From the human T2T-CHM13v2.0 reference genome, Homo sapiens: a stretch of 64,000 nucleotides of DNA. The notes under the pieces were generated by a model, which was not told the DNA's origin, did not search any database, and was given only the letters and a program-made list of their open reading frames with translations. The translations under genes and the position numbers were made by a program. Location: NCBI RefSeq assembly GCF_009914755.1, contig NC_060926.1. One strand, given 5' to 3'. The number at the start of each line of letters is the position of its first letter. Position 1 is the stretch's first letter. Positions 44,722 through 62,759 of the stretch are shown here, piece after piece.

Positions 44722-45579
44722 AGTAGGTTTTCAGGAAGCAAAGACTAGAAGAGGAGCATAAGAAGAAAAGCTCTCCAGGAAGCAAGTACTATGTATACTT
44801 TCTGCTTCCAATAAGCAAGCTTCTGAATTACTCAATCTCTGACCATTCCCTTTACTACCCCTCTCTCAACATTTTACTTATTTAGTTCCCTCTGTCAAGA
44901 ATGTTGTCCTTTATCCTTGCCTCCTCCTCCTTATCCCAGAACTTCCTGTTAAATCCTGTCTGTGACACTAAGAGGTCCACACTGTGACACTAAAAGATAC
45001 TATTTTCTGTACAATCCAGTTTCCATACTTTAGAGAACTCACTCTATTTCTTAGCCATGCTTCTCCATACAAGACACAAACTCATTAAAACCAAAAGGCA
45101 TATGTACTTCCTAAGCACATATGCTACTATTTTCCGCACTTTATACCATACTTAATGTACCTAAGGCCCCAGAATTTTCCACCCAAAGGGTTCCATGTGT
45201 GTTTCTGATGCCTGCTTGGAGAGCCTTCCTAGGCCAGTCATTCGGAGGACATGGACCATGCTGACAGAAGCCACATTCCTAGAAGGTGCTGGTGGGAAGG
45301 GAAGAGAGGGAGCTTTCTTTAATTGTGCTGTTCTGCCATCTGTCAGTGGTAGAGGAGTGGTTGCCTGTAAGAACCAGGTCAAACACCCACCACTTTCATT
45401 TTCTCAAAGAAGCCATTCCTGATCCTCTAGTCTCATTCAAATAATGCTAAGATCCTACCGCCTGCTTCACACATCAGACTTTGTTTCCACTCTCCTGGCC
45501 AAGCATTTCCTTGGAACCTCTCTAAAACCACTTACTACATTTTATCGTAGTCATATTTTTGTTTGTTATATTTCCCCTT

Positions 45580-46180
45580 TGTAATAGTTAATTTATGTAT
45601 CAACTTGACTGGGCTAAATAATGCCCAGATAGATGGTAAAATATTATTTCAGGGTGTGTCTGTGAGAGTGTTTCTGGAAGAGATTAGCTTTTGAACTGGT
45701 TAGACTGAGTAAAGAAGATCCACCCTCACCAAGATGTATACTGGGGGTCTTTTCTTGAGGGTCTGAATAGACCAAAAAGGGGGAGGAAGGGTGAAATGGT
45801 TGTCTCTGCTTAAGCTAGAACACCCATCTTCTCTTGCCTTTGGACATCCCCTTTCCATAAAGTCATGCTTAGTCACCTGCTAATCAGTTAAATGCTGAAT
45901 TGTTCAAATTGTTCAAATTGTGTGTTAGCAGTTAGCAGCTCCCAAAGGTCTTTGACTTCAGTCTTCAAGCCCTGGTCTTGGGTCTTCAGACTTGGACTGG
46001 GATTTATACCATTGGCTTCCCTGGTTCTCAGGCATTTGAGTTTGGACTGGAACTATGCCACGGATTGAGGGACTTCTCAGCCTCCACAATCACATAAGCC
46101 AATTCCTCATATAAATCTCTTTCTGTATGTCTATAAATGTCCTATTGGCTCTATTTCTTTGGAGAATCCTAACTAATACA
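45580..46180 (+). mobile_element. MLT2 (ERVL) LTR with an internal insertion
   Basis: tgtaatagttaatttatgtatcaacttgactgggcta...ggagaatcctaactaataca. Confidence 0.85.
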
Positions 46181-46747
46181 TAGTCCTCCTTTTCTGTTCC
46201 TCTACTCACTATTATGTTTTTCCCTGAATTAACCTCTAAGCTACTTAGAAGTAGAGACTGTGCATTCTCATCTTTTTATGTAATGCAGCTAAATATGTAG
46301 CTACTAAGCAAATATTCTTTAAATACATTCAGAGATTCCTGAATGAAATATGAGATTTTGTAGACTCTGGAAGGAAGTTAGTGTAGTGGAAACAGCATGA
46401 TTTGGAGTTGGACAGTCCTGGATTGTGCTCCATCATTTTGTATGAGGTAATGGGGCAGGGTCACTTATGAATTCTTTTAAAACTTAGTTTTCTCCTTTGT
46501 GGAATGACAGCCTCCAGTAGGAATAGCTTAATTAATCATGGTCATAGAAAGACAAAGCACAAAATAAGTGTGAGAAGCATCTTGCCCACCTGCTTAAGAT
46601 TTACCTGAGGAAAACTTACATGTACAAGTGTTCAGACCCAGCTCCGAGATCTGAGTTAGGAAACCTAGGGTGGGTCTTATTAATCTGTGCTTTTGTAAAT
46701 AGCACTAAGTGATTCTGCTATGAAACCAAATTTGGGAACTCCTGTTC

Positions 46748-46956
46748 TTTTTTTTTTCAATTTTTATTTTAAGTTCTAGAGTACATGTGCAGGATGTGCA
46801 GGTTTGTTACATGGGTAAACATGTGCCATGGTGGTTTGCTGTACAGATCATCCCATCACCTAGGTATTAAGCCCAGCATCTGTTAGCTATTCTTCCTGAT
46901 GCTCTCCTTCCCCCATTCCTCTCCCACCACAACCGACAGGCCCTAGTGTGTGTTGT
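46748..46956 (-). mobile_element. Short L1PA 3'-end fragment
   Basis: Poly-T then gtacatgtgcaggatgtgcaggtttgttac. Confidence 0.85.
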
Positions 46957-47929
46957 GGAACCACTATTCTTGACTATTCTCATTGATCTTAGAATCTCTC
47001 ATTAGATAATGGGCATTGAGGATCTCTGGCAGAGACTTATAGTTTCTAATAAACACAAAATCCTTTAGTCACAGATTGCTTCATGAGGCTTATGTTTTAT
47101 GAAACATACTTTGGAACTGCTATAGGAAATATTCCAAAATTCAATAAACTTATATTTGATAACTTTTCCACATTTAACTGTACTAAGCACAATAAAATAG
47201 GTAGATTCTTTACTGGGAACCAACCAGCAACAACAGGAAAAAAAACAAAAAAACAAAAACAAAGTTACATTAAAAAATTTATTGTACAACATAGTGAGTA
47301 TAACAATGTACTCTATTCTTGAAAATTGCTATGAGAGTAGATTTTAAGTGTTTTCACCACAAAACATGAAAAATATGTCAGGCAGTCCATATGTTAATTA
47401 GCTCAATTTAGATATTCCACAATGTATATCTATTTCAAAACATGTTTTATATGATAAATATATACAATTTTTATTTAATTTTAAAAACGAATAACACAAA
47501 AAGTAAAAATGGAAAAATCCGTAAGTTTCTCACTCATTTGAATTAAGATTTCTGGTTGTCTAGTAGACACAACTACTTGTCTAACTTATTGATTCCTTAA
47601 TTTCAGAAAAATTTCTTGTCCTACTTCTACCCTAGATAATTCCTTCCAAAACAAAGTACAACACACACTAAGGAATAATGATTTCTTTTAGGTCAGTTAC
47701 ATCTCTTCTGATGGAGCTCCCCAAGACTGAAAACTTTGCATCAGCTTGAATTCCTCCTTCATCTTCAATATCCTAGTAAAGCACTCAGATTTAAATAAGA
47801 ATTTCGATACCCAAATCAGCAATATCCAAGTAAGCACCCTGACAACTATTCCTTCATACATTTTTCAGGCACTGTCCCTTTTCCTCCGCTACCCATTCAT
47901 ACCTCTACCATCCACTTGCATTACCTATT

Positions 47930-50355
<2,426 letters not shown>

Positions 50356-50432
50356 ATTTGTCACTGTGTGCTTGAAGGAAACAGCTCCCCTCTTTCCAGG
50401 CCATCCTGCACAGGTTTGCACAATCAGCACAG

Positions 50433-50930
50433 ATATTATGTTAGTTTTCTATTGCTACATAACAATTTGCCATGAACCTAATGGCTTAAGCAATGCACGT
50501 TGATTATCTCATAGTTTCGTGGGTCAAGAAAGCAGGCACAGCTTAGCTATGTCCTTTGCCCATAGTCTCACAAGGATGCAATCAAGGTGTTAGCAGGAAC
50601 TACAGTCACATCCGAGGTACAGAGTCCTTTTCTAAGCTCACATGACTATTGGCAGAATTCATTTCCTTGCAGCTGCAGAACTATGGTGGGTCTTTCAAGT
50701 TCAACAAGAGAATATCTGAAGCTAGTAGTCTCTTTTAAAGAGCTAATTTGATTAGGTCAGGCCCACCTATATACTATTCCTTTTGATTGATTCATAGTCA
50801 ACTGATTAAGTCCCTTAATTACATATGCAAAAATTCTTACCAAACTCAATGGTAGGACATTATATAGGATGTATACAACAGGGATCTGGTAAGAATCTTA
50901 GAGTCCACTCTAGATTTTTGCCTACCATAG
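50433..50930 (-). mobile_element. MLT1 MaLR LTR
   Basis: ttagttttctattgctacataacaa...ggcagaattcatttccttgcagctg. Confidence 0.65.
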
Positions 50931-52274
50931 ACATGATTTCCTTGATTACTGTTTAGCACTAAAGGCTATGCACAAAGTATGGATATGAAGTCCCTGCTGA
51001 ACTCAAGCTTAAAACAGTATACAAATGAAAATACAGCAATGCACGCCAACATCAAATGCCAGAGGAGTGGTACAAATAGTCAGGGTGGCAGGAGTACTGA
51101 GAAGCTCTCTGTAACCAGACTAAGGTTTCTTGGAGAAAATTAATTATTAGCTGGTCCTTCGAAGATTAACTGAATCTAAACTATCAGAAGGGATACCTGT
51201 GTTGTCAGTGTATAATAACATTTATTTTACTTCATACTACTTTTCTTTATATTATAACATTTTTATTCAGTTGAATTAAATGTTGCTAAATATTCATTTA
51301 CCATAACATTTTTTTATTGTTTGCCTACAATGTACCAGTCTGTATAATGCAGTCTTCTTAACCTGTTGTTTTATTTGGAAGGTTCCATTTGGAGAGTAAA
51401 CAGCAAGGTAGAGGGATTAGTATATCAAGTTAGCCATTACCCAGTTAGCCATTAATTCACCAAGCAAGCTGGTCACTTTTTCTTTCCAGCTCATAATGAC
51501 ATTATTTGTAAGTTGAGTCTTCAAGATCGAGTAATTTATAACGTCCCTTTTTGACTTACTCCCTTACCTAGAATTTTTAGCATCCCAGGATAAGATAGGT
51601 TTCCTTTTAAAATGCATTTCTATAGTATTTGCACTTCCACTTCAGAACCCTCACCTAACTTATAATTACCTGTCAAAAGTTTGTCCTTGCTACATTTTAA
51701 AGTGTCTGTGGTCATGGCATGAATCTTATTCACCACTGGATTTCAGCACCTGGCCCAGTGCTTGATATGTAGCGGGTGTTTAATAATTCTTTATTGACCA
51801 AATGAACAACAATTGATGACCCTGTCTCACGAATATGCTCTTATTTTCATATGTTTAGTCAACATTTTAAATAATCAGGCATTGATGAGGCATTTTCAAC
51901 ATTATGTGATTGAGACCAGTTTATAAACCCTACCTATCAGAATATTGTAAAAATATTGACTTTGTTTTTTTTCATGGGCTAAGGACAGCTCCTGGAAGCC
52001 CAAACTATAGAGTACACTGAAGCAGGCAGTCTTGGGGCCAACTGAAGTCTTCAAGGATGCTAATTCAGGATAGTCAGAGGAATCATATTATAAGAAGAAC
52101 AGTGTCGTTGAGATAAACCGAGGTTGAATGCTAAAAGGCAGGATAAGTGACAAATTCAGGAGAAAGGTAAGGATAAAAATGGGGAAATGATGGTGAGTTT
52201 CACGGAAAGATGGAAGGCAGTAGAGAATCAGCTTCAAGGAAGGGATCCATGAGGGTGATTTAGAACTGAGATAG

Positions 52275-52686
<412 letters not shown>

Positions 52687-55600
52687 TCTAAGTGGATTCC
52701 TTTTATGGATTTATAGGATAATATTCCCTGATATTTACAATGCTCAACTTAAAAAATGGGCCATAACCAGGTAATCCATTTATAATTCTGTTTTATTAAG
52801 AAACTAAAACTTTTCCCCATAGATCCAGTGCTAAGTGAGGGTTTGTTAGATTTCTCAAAATAATTCAAGAGCACTACTTAATATGTATTTTTCTGAGAAT
52901 ACTATAGAAATATTTATGTTTTTTGAGAAACCAAGCATATTTTATCTTTTCAAAGTGTTTTATAGGAAATAATTATAATATATGTATTAGGCGTACCAGT
53001 TTCTTTGTCATAAATAACTTAATATCTTCTGTAATTCACTTAGCACTGATTTGCTTGAAATTATGATTTTTTAAAATTTCTTCATCTTGTGGGAGTAATT
53101 GTGTTAATTTCTATTTTAAGCCTCTATTTGGTATTAAAATTAGGACAACTTGTTCAAGTCTTGTAGTTTTTATCTTGAATAAATATTGCTAAACTTTCAT
53201 TGAACAACTTGGCTTAACTTCAGTTTTGGAAAGTCATCAAAATCTTTCCCTTCCTCTTTTATTCCATCAGATCCAAATTCATTTTTATTTTCCTCCTTTA
53301 TGTATTATTTTGTTAGATATCTCTTTTCCCAGATATCAAGTTAAATCTTTTTTGTAATAGCTAATTTTAAATAGCACAAATACTATGCTTTCTTATTCAG
53401 GAGCATTGTATGTATGTGTAGTGTAAATTTGGTCCCATATTAAATTATGACCACACTCTTTCGGTTTTAGAACTGTGAAGGAGCTTTTGAAGTTATTCCA
53501 GCCACTTTAACTTACAGATAATGAAAAAGAAGTCCAGAAACTGTGTCCAACATTTCATGACAAGTTAAAGCTGAGACATATGCAGAACTCTAATGTCTTA
53601 ATTCTCTGTACAGTGACTTTTTTGATAAACTACACTACCTTTTGCCTCTAGCATTTGTTTTCTTTAGATTCTAGGCTGGACTTCTTTCCTATGCCCAAAG
53701 AAAAATCCTATATATAATTTTATGCAAATGTCATTATTTTAAAAATAGTCAACTAAATACCCCAGAGGGCTTAGCAGGCTTGTTAGGTGGAAAGTGACAT
53801 AAGATCATGTATTCCCTCTCAAACTTTAAACAAGATAATTTGTAGTAATATTGTTTTATAAGGAGCAGCAGATATTAAGAAGGATTAAATAATTAGTCCA
53901 AGGATATTGAGACCATTAGCAGCACAGAACTTGTTTCTATAGCTACTCACCCTGAACATGTGAAGAAGATTTATGACCACATTGTTTATGCTCCTAGAAA
54001 AATAATATGAGCCTTAGCCATGTTAACTTGTAGTATATGAGAATGATGGAGCTGGAAAATGTAACCTTGTAGGTTTAGGTACTTCCACATGATGGAAGTT
54101 ACTTAGATTTTAATTATTCATTCAACAAGCATCGACTGAATTCCTATGGTCAGGCAGACAAGGATGAAAGACATGATCCCTGCCCTCTAGATGCTCCTAA
54201 TGTGAGGTGTGAAAGGAAGAGGTGATAGAAAGAAGGCTGGAGGGGAGAATCAAGAAATAACTGGTTCCTTTCGGAAATATTTGGAAGAGCAGCACTATCG
54301 GAGTGATTTTCCTCTCTCTTTGTGTTCCCATCCATCTGAGTTTATTGTTCCTGTGCCATTTCTCCCTTCGCTGCCCACTGTCCTTGTAGTTCCCTGATTA
54401 CTCTCATCCTTGCCAACCTTGTTGTAGTTCTAAAACTATTTGTTATAATTGTTCCTTGGAAGAACTTGAGGTACTGTGCTAAGAACCTTCATGTTTTCCA
54501 AGGAAAGTGTTGTAAAAAATGCACATAAACAAGAGTTATTGTTTTAGACAAGTTCATCCGAGCCAAATCATCCATGCTACCAATTTCTGGCACAGCCCTA
54601 TCACTAACCATCCATCTTATTTCTATCTGAGGCCCAAGCATATTTCTTACCTTATCCTATTTTCTTCTCTCCTCATTTTCTGACATTTTCGGTTCTTGCC
54701 AAATATGTTTTGATTAAAGGTTGCATAGGTTTCTACCTGGTCTGTGATGATGCCTTCTATCCAGCAGTGATTCTTGTTGAATACTGACACTTTACAGTGG
54801 GAGGTTGGTAACAATATATTTCCTGGTCTTTTTCTGAAAGGTTTTGCTGTTAATGCAACTGCTGCTCAGACCTGAATAACTGGTCAAAGCACGTGAGTCA
54901 ATTTGTCCTCAGTGAAATGCAATTTTTTTTTTTTTTAATGATGGCAGTGGGGGATATGAGAGAAAGGCTGTGGGCCTTGGAGTTCAGAGCTAAGTAATGG
55001 CTGCAGTTTCATGTTCTCTCCCTTAGTTCATTGGGAAGTAAGCATAATAGCCCGCTTTTATGTGTGTTCTGGACACTTCAAAGCTGTTTACATGGATTAA
55101 CACATTTAATCTTCATAGTAATACAAGAAGCAGATATTGTATTCCCATTTCACAGATGTGGAGACTGAGGCTTATTGAGTTTAAATTAAATGGCTGACTT
55201 TGTCACAACTATTAACTGTCAGTATAAGGCCTGAACCCTGTTCGGCCTGTCTTTGAGGCTTGAGCTCCTAATCACTGTGTTAAGTTTGGATCTTCCTTCA
55301 TTTTAATGGAGTTCCCCTTTATTATTATTATTTTAAAATAAATGTTATGTTTTTCTCCACTCTTTCCATTCAAACCATAGGAGGCTTATTTAATGCACAT
55401 TTCAAATGTACATCCTGTTAAAAGGATACCAGGTTACTTCACAAGAAAGAACACCTACTAACTTAATTTTAGACAGAACATTAAGCTATATGACCTCCAG
55501 AACTCCTTCCACCTATGACAGTCTGTGATTTCAGAGAGGGATTTTACTCTTTAGAGAAGCATTCTGACCAAAGACTACCAAAAGAATGGGACAACTGTTA

Positions 55601-57100
55601 GCCTGAAGGGTATAGGTTGTCTTAGGGTCTCGGAGAGTCTCACTCTATTAACAAAGTGAGAACTATGCTCTGATCCTGTAGGAACTAATACATTAGCTGC
55701 TACTCTTTGGACAATGTCAGAAGATCTGTGTCCAGGTCCCTGCTGTGCCCCTTACTAGCTGCATAACCTCAGATAAGAAATCTTACCTCTAAGAGCCTAA
55801 TTTCCTTTTGTGTAAAATGAAAATAAAGGGACGTATCTCAGAATTGATAAAGTGTTAGTGAAAAACCTTGAGTACAATGTTTGCTGCATACCCTAGGTCT
55901 TGTCCTTCCCATCTTTAGAGTCAGGCCATTCACTTGGCTGTTTTTCTTAACCATGACTTAATATTTCAAGATGATGCTCATTTCTTAAAATTTCATTAAT
56001 TTGAAAAGTCATGACCATTGCAGCTGAGATATGGTATATATTTTCACAAAGACAAATCTTTCTTAGTCAATGGACAGCTCATAGAATTTCAGAATGGTGA
56101 GTAATCTAAGAGATGACACAATCAAGTCCCATTATTTTTCAGCACAAAGAAGTTAAGTGGCTTTCCCAAGATTACACAGTAAATTGGTGATCAAGTCAAG
56201 GCTAGACTTTCTTTTTCCTAATCCCAGGCCCAGTGTTGTTGCTGCAAGATTCTAATAAACTCAAGATGAGGGTTAAAGTTAGAGGGAAGGCTATTTAAAC
56301 TACATTATAAAAGATACATTTTATGTGTACTTTATTTTTTGTTTCCACCTAAATAATTGCTTATACATTAAATATTATTGGCAGTGAGGAATTAGACCAA
56401 AAAGCAAAACAAAACAAAACAAAAAAATAGGTTATACCATCCAGCAAAGCTGGATTGAAGACATTTATTTGCTATATGACCTTGAAACTCTGTAAGTTTC
56501 AGTTTCCTTATCAGCAAAATGGGGATAATGATTATAGCTTTCTAGTTGTTACGAGGATTAAAGGAGATATTTTATGTAGTGGAGTGTCTAGTGCATGGTT
56601 GTCATATCAAAAATGTTAACTTATAATGATAAAATAAACTCAATGTGAACAATTTCAGCCATTACCACAACTATCCCATTCAAGGGTGGATTCATCCCAG
56701 TAGAACAAAAAAGCCTTGTTTTTAGTGAAAGTTAATAAATTTTAGGACCAAACAGACATACTGAGTTAGGCAAGTTGTCCATTGACTACAACCTGCCCAC
56801 ACTACTGACTGATTTAGGGAGCTCTCCTGAAGCACTCAGAGGGTACTCAGTAGTGAGCCAGTCCTTGAAGTTATAGTGCATGGGACTTTATTGAATATGA
56901 CCAGAGAAGAGGTGCAGTTTTTCACCAGAAGGACCTTTATACTATAAAATATGAGTAGATACACTATGTGGTTAGTCTATGTGCTATGAAAGCTTAAAAG
57001 AAGAGATTAATGTCAAGTAATAGCAATACTCTAAATGACTGGATAAACCTAAAACCAGAGACAATTCCTGTCTGTCAATTCTCCTATTTAAAGGGCTATT

Positions 57101-57387
57101 GGCCGGGTGCAATGGTTCATTCCTGTAATCTCAGCACTTTAGGAGGTTGAGATGAGCGGATCACTTGAGTCCACAAGTTCAAGACCAGTCTGGGAAACAT
57201 AATGAAACCCCATCTGTACAAAAAATACAAAAATTAGCTGGATGTGGTGGCATGCTCCTGTAGTCTCAGCTACCCGGGAGGCTGAGGTGGGAGAATCGCC
57301 TGAGCCAGGAAAGGTATAGACTGCAATGAGCCCTGACAGTGACACTGCACTCCAGCTTGCAGACAGAGTAAGACCCTGTCTCAAAAA

Positions 57388-57430
<43 letters not shown>

Positions 57431-57433
57431 AAT
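57101..57433 (+). mobile_element. AluJ with an (AAAT)n tail
   Basis: Divergent Alu followed by a tetranucleotide tail at ~57385-57433. Confidence 0.88.
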
Positions 57434-59057
57434 AGAGGCTTTTATGCTATCAAGACTAGAGACATGCAAGAGTGTCTACTGTTATTTTTAAGAAAGCCCA
57501 TGGCTGAATGAGCTGAATGATATAATTGGGAGAAAAATTGTCTTTTTTGTGTTCCATATTTTACTTGAATAATTTAATATAGTAGCACATTTTTTTCGTA
57601 TTAAGACTTTCTTGAATCAGAACACTGAAAGAAATATTTAAAATAATCCATTCCTCTTGAATGCTATTATATCTGGCATCTTAGAAATGTAGGTTTTGCT
57701 ATTTCAATATGAAAATTTTCTTAAAGGTTGCAAATTTTATAGTTCCTCATATACCAAAAAATCTAGTTATCTTCTGAGCTAGATCTTCAGCAAATAATAG
57801 CGTCCTGACATCTGTTTGCAAATGCTTTCTTTTTGTTTACTTGTACTAACTGTGTTGGTGAGAATTGGGATTATTATTACAAAACAGTGGTTTGATTCTT
57901 TTAGTCTAGTGATAATGGAATCTAGAAGGAAGGGCAGATACACTGAAGGGAAAGTGAGGTCACTGTAAATTTTGTAAATTAATGCAATATGGAATTTTGG
58001 AATCAGTTCCCAGGGTGTAAGTTGATTAGACACCGTAAGAATACGTTATTGAAATATAATAATGGATATATAGAAATTGGCATGTATTTGATCATTTGTT
58101 CTTATTTTTTGACAATATTTTAAAAGAGTTCTTAAATATCATGTGCTAATAATATAATTTTTCAGGTCTGAGTAAAAATATTACAAATTTAGGAAAATTC
58201 TAAAAAGAGAGAAAGGAAGGAGGAGGAGGAGGAGGATTGGGAGAGGAGATGAAAAGAGAAAGATAGAAATGCATTAAGTGACACTTGGCCAATGTCCAGA
58301 GCAGCTACTCTAACTTTAGCTTTTATCCTAAAATCTCAAACTGAGAACAAAGAGCGTTTGACTGCTAACATCTCAGAAATAGGAAGGGATTTGAATCATT
58401 GACTCCTGAAGAAGGCATGCCATTCTGGGAGATGTCCCAGACCCTTTAAGAAGGGCCCATGTATCTGTTCATCTGTCAGCACACATTTCCCATGTCTGTC
58501 TTTCTGTTCAGAACAATGCTGTCCCTACTCGCCTGTTGTGTCTTAACTGTTTTTATTGCTGTGGAAATATTTCAGAATTTGGAATATTTCCACTTGCAAT
58601 AGTGTCATCTTTAAGAAATTTGAACACTAAGGGTACATGTTATCTCCGGTTATGATGAGTTGATTCATTGCCGGATGCTAGTTAGCCAAAGATAGAAGCA
58701 ATTTTTATGCAATTAATCATGTTTCCTGCAAACTCTATAGTAGTTTTCAAAAAAGGTACATTATATAAAACATTTCATCCTTTACTGTAAGCTTAATGTT
58801 TGCAGAGTGTCTCTTGCTTCTTGGAGGAAGACGTGGCATACGTTAAAAAAAATGTAAATCTGTTAGTCCAAGATTTTTACAAACGAAGTAGATGTTGCAT
58901 GTGCAACCTAAAGGAAAATCACTTGACATTAGTAGAGAGATCTATTTAAGATTTGAGTATTTTTTGAATTGGAAAATAATCTCTAGTTATGCATTTTCTC
59001 TTATAAGTTTGGAGTTAGGGATAATAGACTGTGTCCTGCATGGTGGAATCTGTGAGT

Positions 59058-59426
59058 GCCATGGTTTGAGTGTGTCCCCTACATTTCATGTGCTGGAAAC
59101 AAAATCCCCAAGGCAACAGTGTTGAAAGATGGGACCTTTAAGAGGTGATTAGGTCATCAGGAGTCTGCCTTCATGAATAGATTGATGCTGTTATCATGGG
59201 AGTGGGTTCCTGATAAAAGGATGACTTTGGCCCCCCTTCCTCTTTTGCTCACATGCTCTTATGCACTACCACCATGGGATGACACAGGAAGAAGGCCCTC
59301 ACAAGCTATGGCCCTAGATCTCGGACTTCCAGTCTCCAGAACCATGAGCCAAATACACTTCTATTGTTTATAAATCACCCAATCTGTGGTCTTCTGCTAT
59401 AGCAACAGCAAAATGGACTAAGACAA
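59058..59426 (+). mobile_element. MST/MLT1A-type MaLR LTR
   Basis: tgccatggtttgagtgtgtcccc...agcaacagcaaaatggactaagaca. Confidence 0.8.
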
Positions 59427-60119
59427 TGATCCAGAACACAGCCAGGCTCTGAGCCTGACCAATGAGCCTCATTCTCCAACTGACCTTAGGTCAATCTTGT
59501 ACAAGTTAATTTGGCATGATTTAGTTATCTTCTGTGAAGTGCGAAAATGAATTACATTCATTCAGGCACTATTTATGGGGTGTTCACCATGAGTCACAAA
59601 TGATGTTAGGCATTGAGGATATAAAGATAAATAAGATAAATTCACACCCCTCAGGAGCACAGATGATAAGTGAAAATAAACAGGCCTCTAATGCATGGGC
59701 CCAGTTCAGACTTTCTTCTAGTAGCTGAGTGATGCTGGATGAAGTACTCTGCCCTTTTGAGCCTGCTTCCTCATCTAAATATGGGAAGACACTGACGATA
59801 CTTCTCTGAGAAAGTTGTCACTAAGGTCAAATAAGAATAGAATAATGTCTTATAAGTGATAGAGCACTAAACATATCAGAGTTATTTTAGGAAGAAAATA
59901 TGACATAGTAGAATGGTCATAGGTTTGACTGAAGTTGGTTCAAATCTCAGCTCTACCACTTAAAAGTTACATGAAATTGAGTTGTTATGAAGATTAAATA
60001 TAACAATTCATCCATACACCCATCCATCCATCCGCCATTCATCCATCCATCCATCCATCCATCCAACTAAGTCATTGAGTACCTACTGTATATAAGGTAT
60101 TTTTCTAGAAGTCATCTCA

Positions 60120-60330
60120 GAGAATGCGTTCTCCAAAGGACCATACAGTAAATATTTTAGGATTTGTGGTCGACATACTTTCTGTTGCAACTACTCAACT
60201 CTGCTGTGTAGTATGAAAACAGCTATAGAAAATTTATAAACAAATAAGTTTGCTATTTCCTGATATAACTTTGTTTACAAAAACAGGTGATAGGCTAGAT
60301 TTGGCCTGTGAGCTATAGTTTGTCCACCAT
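60120..60330. mobile_element. MER58A-like hAT element
   Basis: agtaaatattttagg...tctgttgcaactactcaactctgc...gatttggcctgtgagctatagtttg. Confidence 0.7.
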
Positions 60331-61754
60331 GTCTGTTATAAATACTAAACATGGCCCTTAATCTCATGGTGGTTTTATTTTAGTAGACAGCATAGCAAAA
60401 GACAAGTAAACAAAAAAGTAAGATAATTGTAGATACCCTTTCTCTAACTATAAAAATGACTGTTGTACCTTCTGGTACATGACATAGGGTAGGAGCTTGG
60501 TGAATACTTACTGAGCTGATAAATGCAGATGTATTTGTTACTTTTTCTGTCGTCTCTGCAACTATATTTTCTTCTGTGTTGAGTACACATTTGGTTATCA
60601 ACAAAAGACTTTGGGTGAATTTGTAAATTCTCATTTGGAAGTTGTGTGCCTTAACAAGATTCCAAGGCCAAACATACTGCTAAATGCTCATATCTTGGGG
60701 GCCATTTATTATTTTCTGAACTATTGAAGGAGTCAGTTGATGTTGATAGATTTCAAAGTGAACTCTGAGTTTGCATCAGTTCTGGGACTCTGTGAACAAG
60801 GTAAGGGCTAGCAGTCCTGAGCCTTTGAGAAGTACCCATGATGTCACCTGCAAAGGTTAAAAAAGTCTTAGGAGAAAAGCAAAGATGACTGTCCATTTTT
60901 CCAAACTTCTACTGAGGTCACTATATAAGGAAGAACTATCAAGCGGATTAAAATTATTTTTCAAACTGTGTGTTTGTAGCAGGGTATACTTTTGAACCTT
61001 CTATTGGTTTGAAAAGCTAGAGGAATAAGGTAACCATGGGATCTCAGATTTTATAACTGCCCCATTTTCCAACTGTGCTGGATCTCACGTGACTGTATAA
61101 TTTAGCCTTTCCCTTTTGTTCCTCCTCCTCCCACTCAGAGGTACATGGGGATGGGGATACATAGGAACAGTCTCAGTTCTCTCCCACCTCACTGAAATCA
61201 TAGAAAGTGGATAGAGACTCCTTTGGTGGATCACTAGAATTATACAGTTGTTTCATTGAGAATACTTAGATATCATTCATTCCAAAACTATTCATTTATA
61301 GATAAACAGTCTTCTAGGGAGGCTGATGATTACATTGGCTTTGGAGTTTGAAAATTGGAAGTTATCAAATGTTTAAAATGGAATTAATTTCAATTTGAAA
61401 ATAAATGACTAGATTGCTTTTAATTTTTATAAATAACAATATTTTTAGGATTCAAACACAATCATACATTATATAAACCTACATATATATATATGTGTGT
61501 ATATATATAGCCTACTATGCCTGGGCACATTTAACCCTCCCTATCTCCCTATGTGTTGTGTGCTATTAGTATTCCCATTTTGCAGATGATTTAACTGAAG
61601 AAAAAAGGTTACGAAACTTCCCTGAGAATAGAAAATAATAAATCTGTGGAGCTGGGTTTGAACTCAGGTATTTCTGCTTCTAGAAGAAGACCCACGTTCT
61701 AATTTTTTTAATATGTATCCACTAATGATTTATTCTTCATTTATTTTATCATAT

Positions 61755-62108
61755 ATTTTTTATTTTTCCATAAGTTTTTGGGGTACAGGTGGTATTTGGT
61801 TACATGAGTAAGTTCTTTAGTGGTGATTTGTGAGATTTTGGTGCACCCATCACCGAAGCAGTATACACTGAACCATATCTGTAGTCTTTTATCCCTTGCC
61901 CCCCTCCAATTCTTCCCTACAAGTTCCCAAAATCCATTGTATCATTCTCATGCCTTTGCATCCTCATAACTTAGCTCCCACATATCATTGCGAACATACA
62001 GTGTTTGGTTTTCCATTCCTGAGTTACTTCACTTAGAATAATAGTCTCCAGTCTCATACAGGTCACTGCAAATGCTGTTAATTCATTCCTTTTTATGGCT
62101 GCGTAGTA
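61755..62108 (-). mobile_element. L1PB-type 3'-end fragment
   Basis: ggggtacaggtggtatttggttacatgagtaagttctttagtggtgatttgtgagattttggtgcaccc. Confidence 0.85.
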
Positions 62109-62759
62109 TAATTTGAAAAGCTATTTTTTCTCCTTCAGGTCTAATGACAACATAGTGAAACAACAACTGGACCTTAGCAGGATTGATATTTAAATACAGA
62201 ATTGCTGAAATATAAATGCAAAATCTGAATGTTAGTCTGTTTTGGGCAATGACAATGTACAGCTGTTAAATGTACAGCAAGATTTTTCTAGGCAACCCCT
62301 ATTTTCTGGAACAGCTGGAACAGCCCCACTGATACCTGATTTATAGTTCAAGGAAATAAGTTTTGAAGGCTATGATTTGGCCACCTGCATCTAAATCTGT
62401 GTGATAATGAGTCACATCATGGATGCAATTCAGAGGTATTTGAAGAATTCATCTGTGACTTCTTGGCTGAGAGTTTCTCCAGAAGAGTACCAGGGAAAAT
62501 TGCATGTTTTCCTCTACTTGGCTGATATCAGTACTTCTGAGATTAAGAAATTGTGAAAATCTAAGGATGGGAAGGTAAGTAAACAATGTCTGGACACAGG
62601 ATGGTCCAAATTTGCATGATTACTATTTTTTTTTTCTAGAAAGAAGTAGAGTTACAGAATTGAATGAACTGAGAACAAATCTAAAGTCCTACCATAACCT
62701 TTGAGGGCCTCCTGATCTCACTCTGACTAGATTTTGACCTCTTTTCGGCCTCTCTCCCC

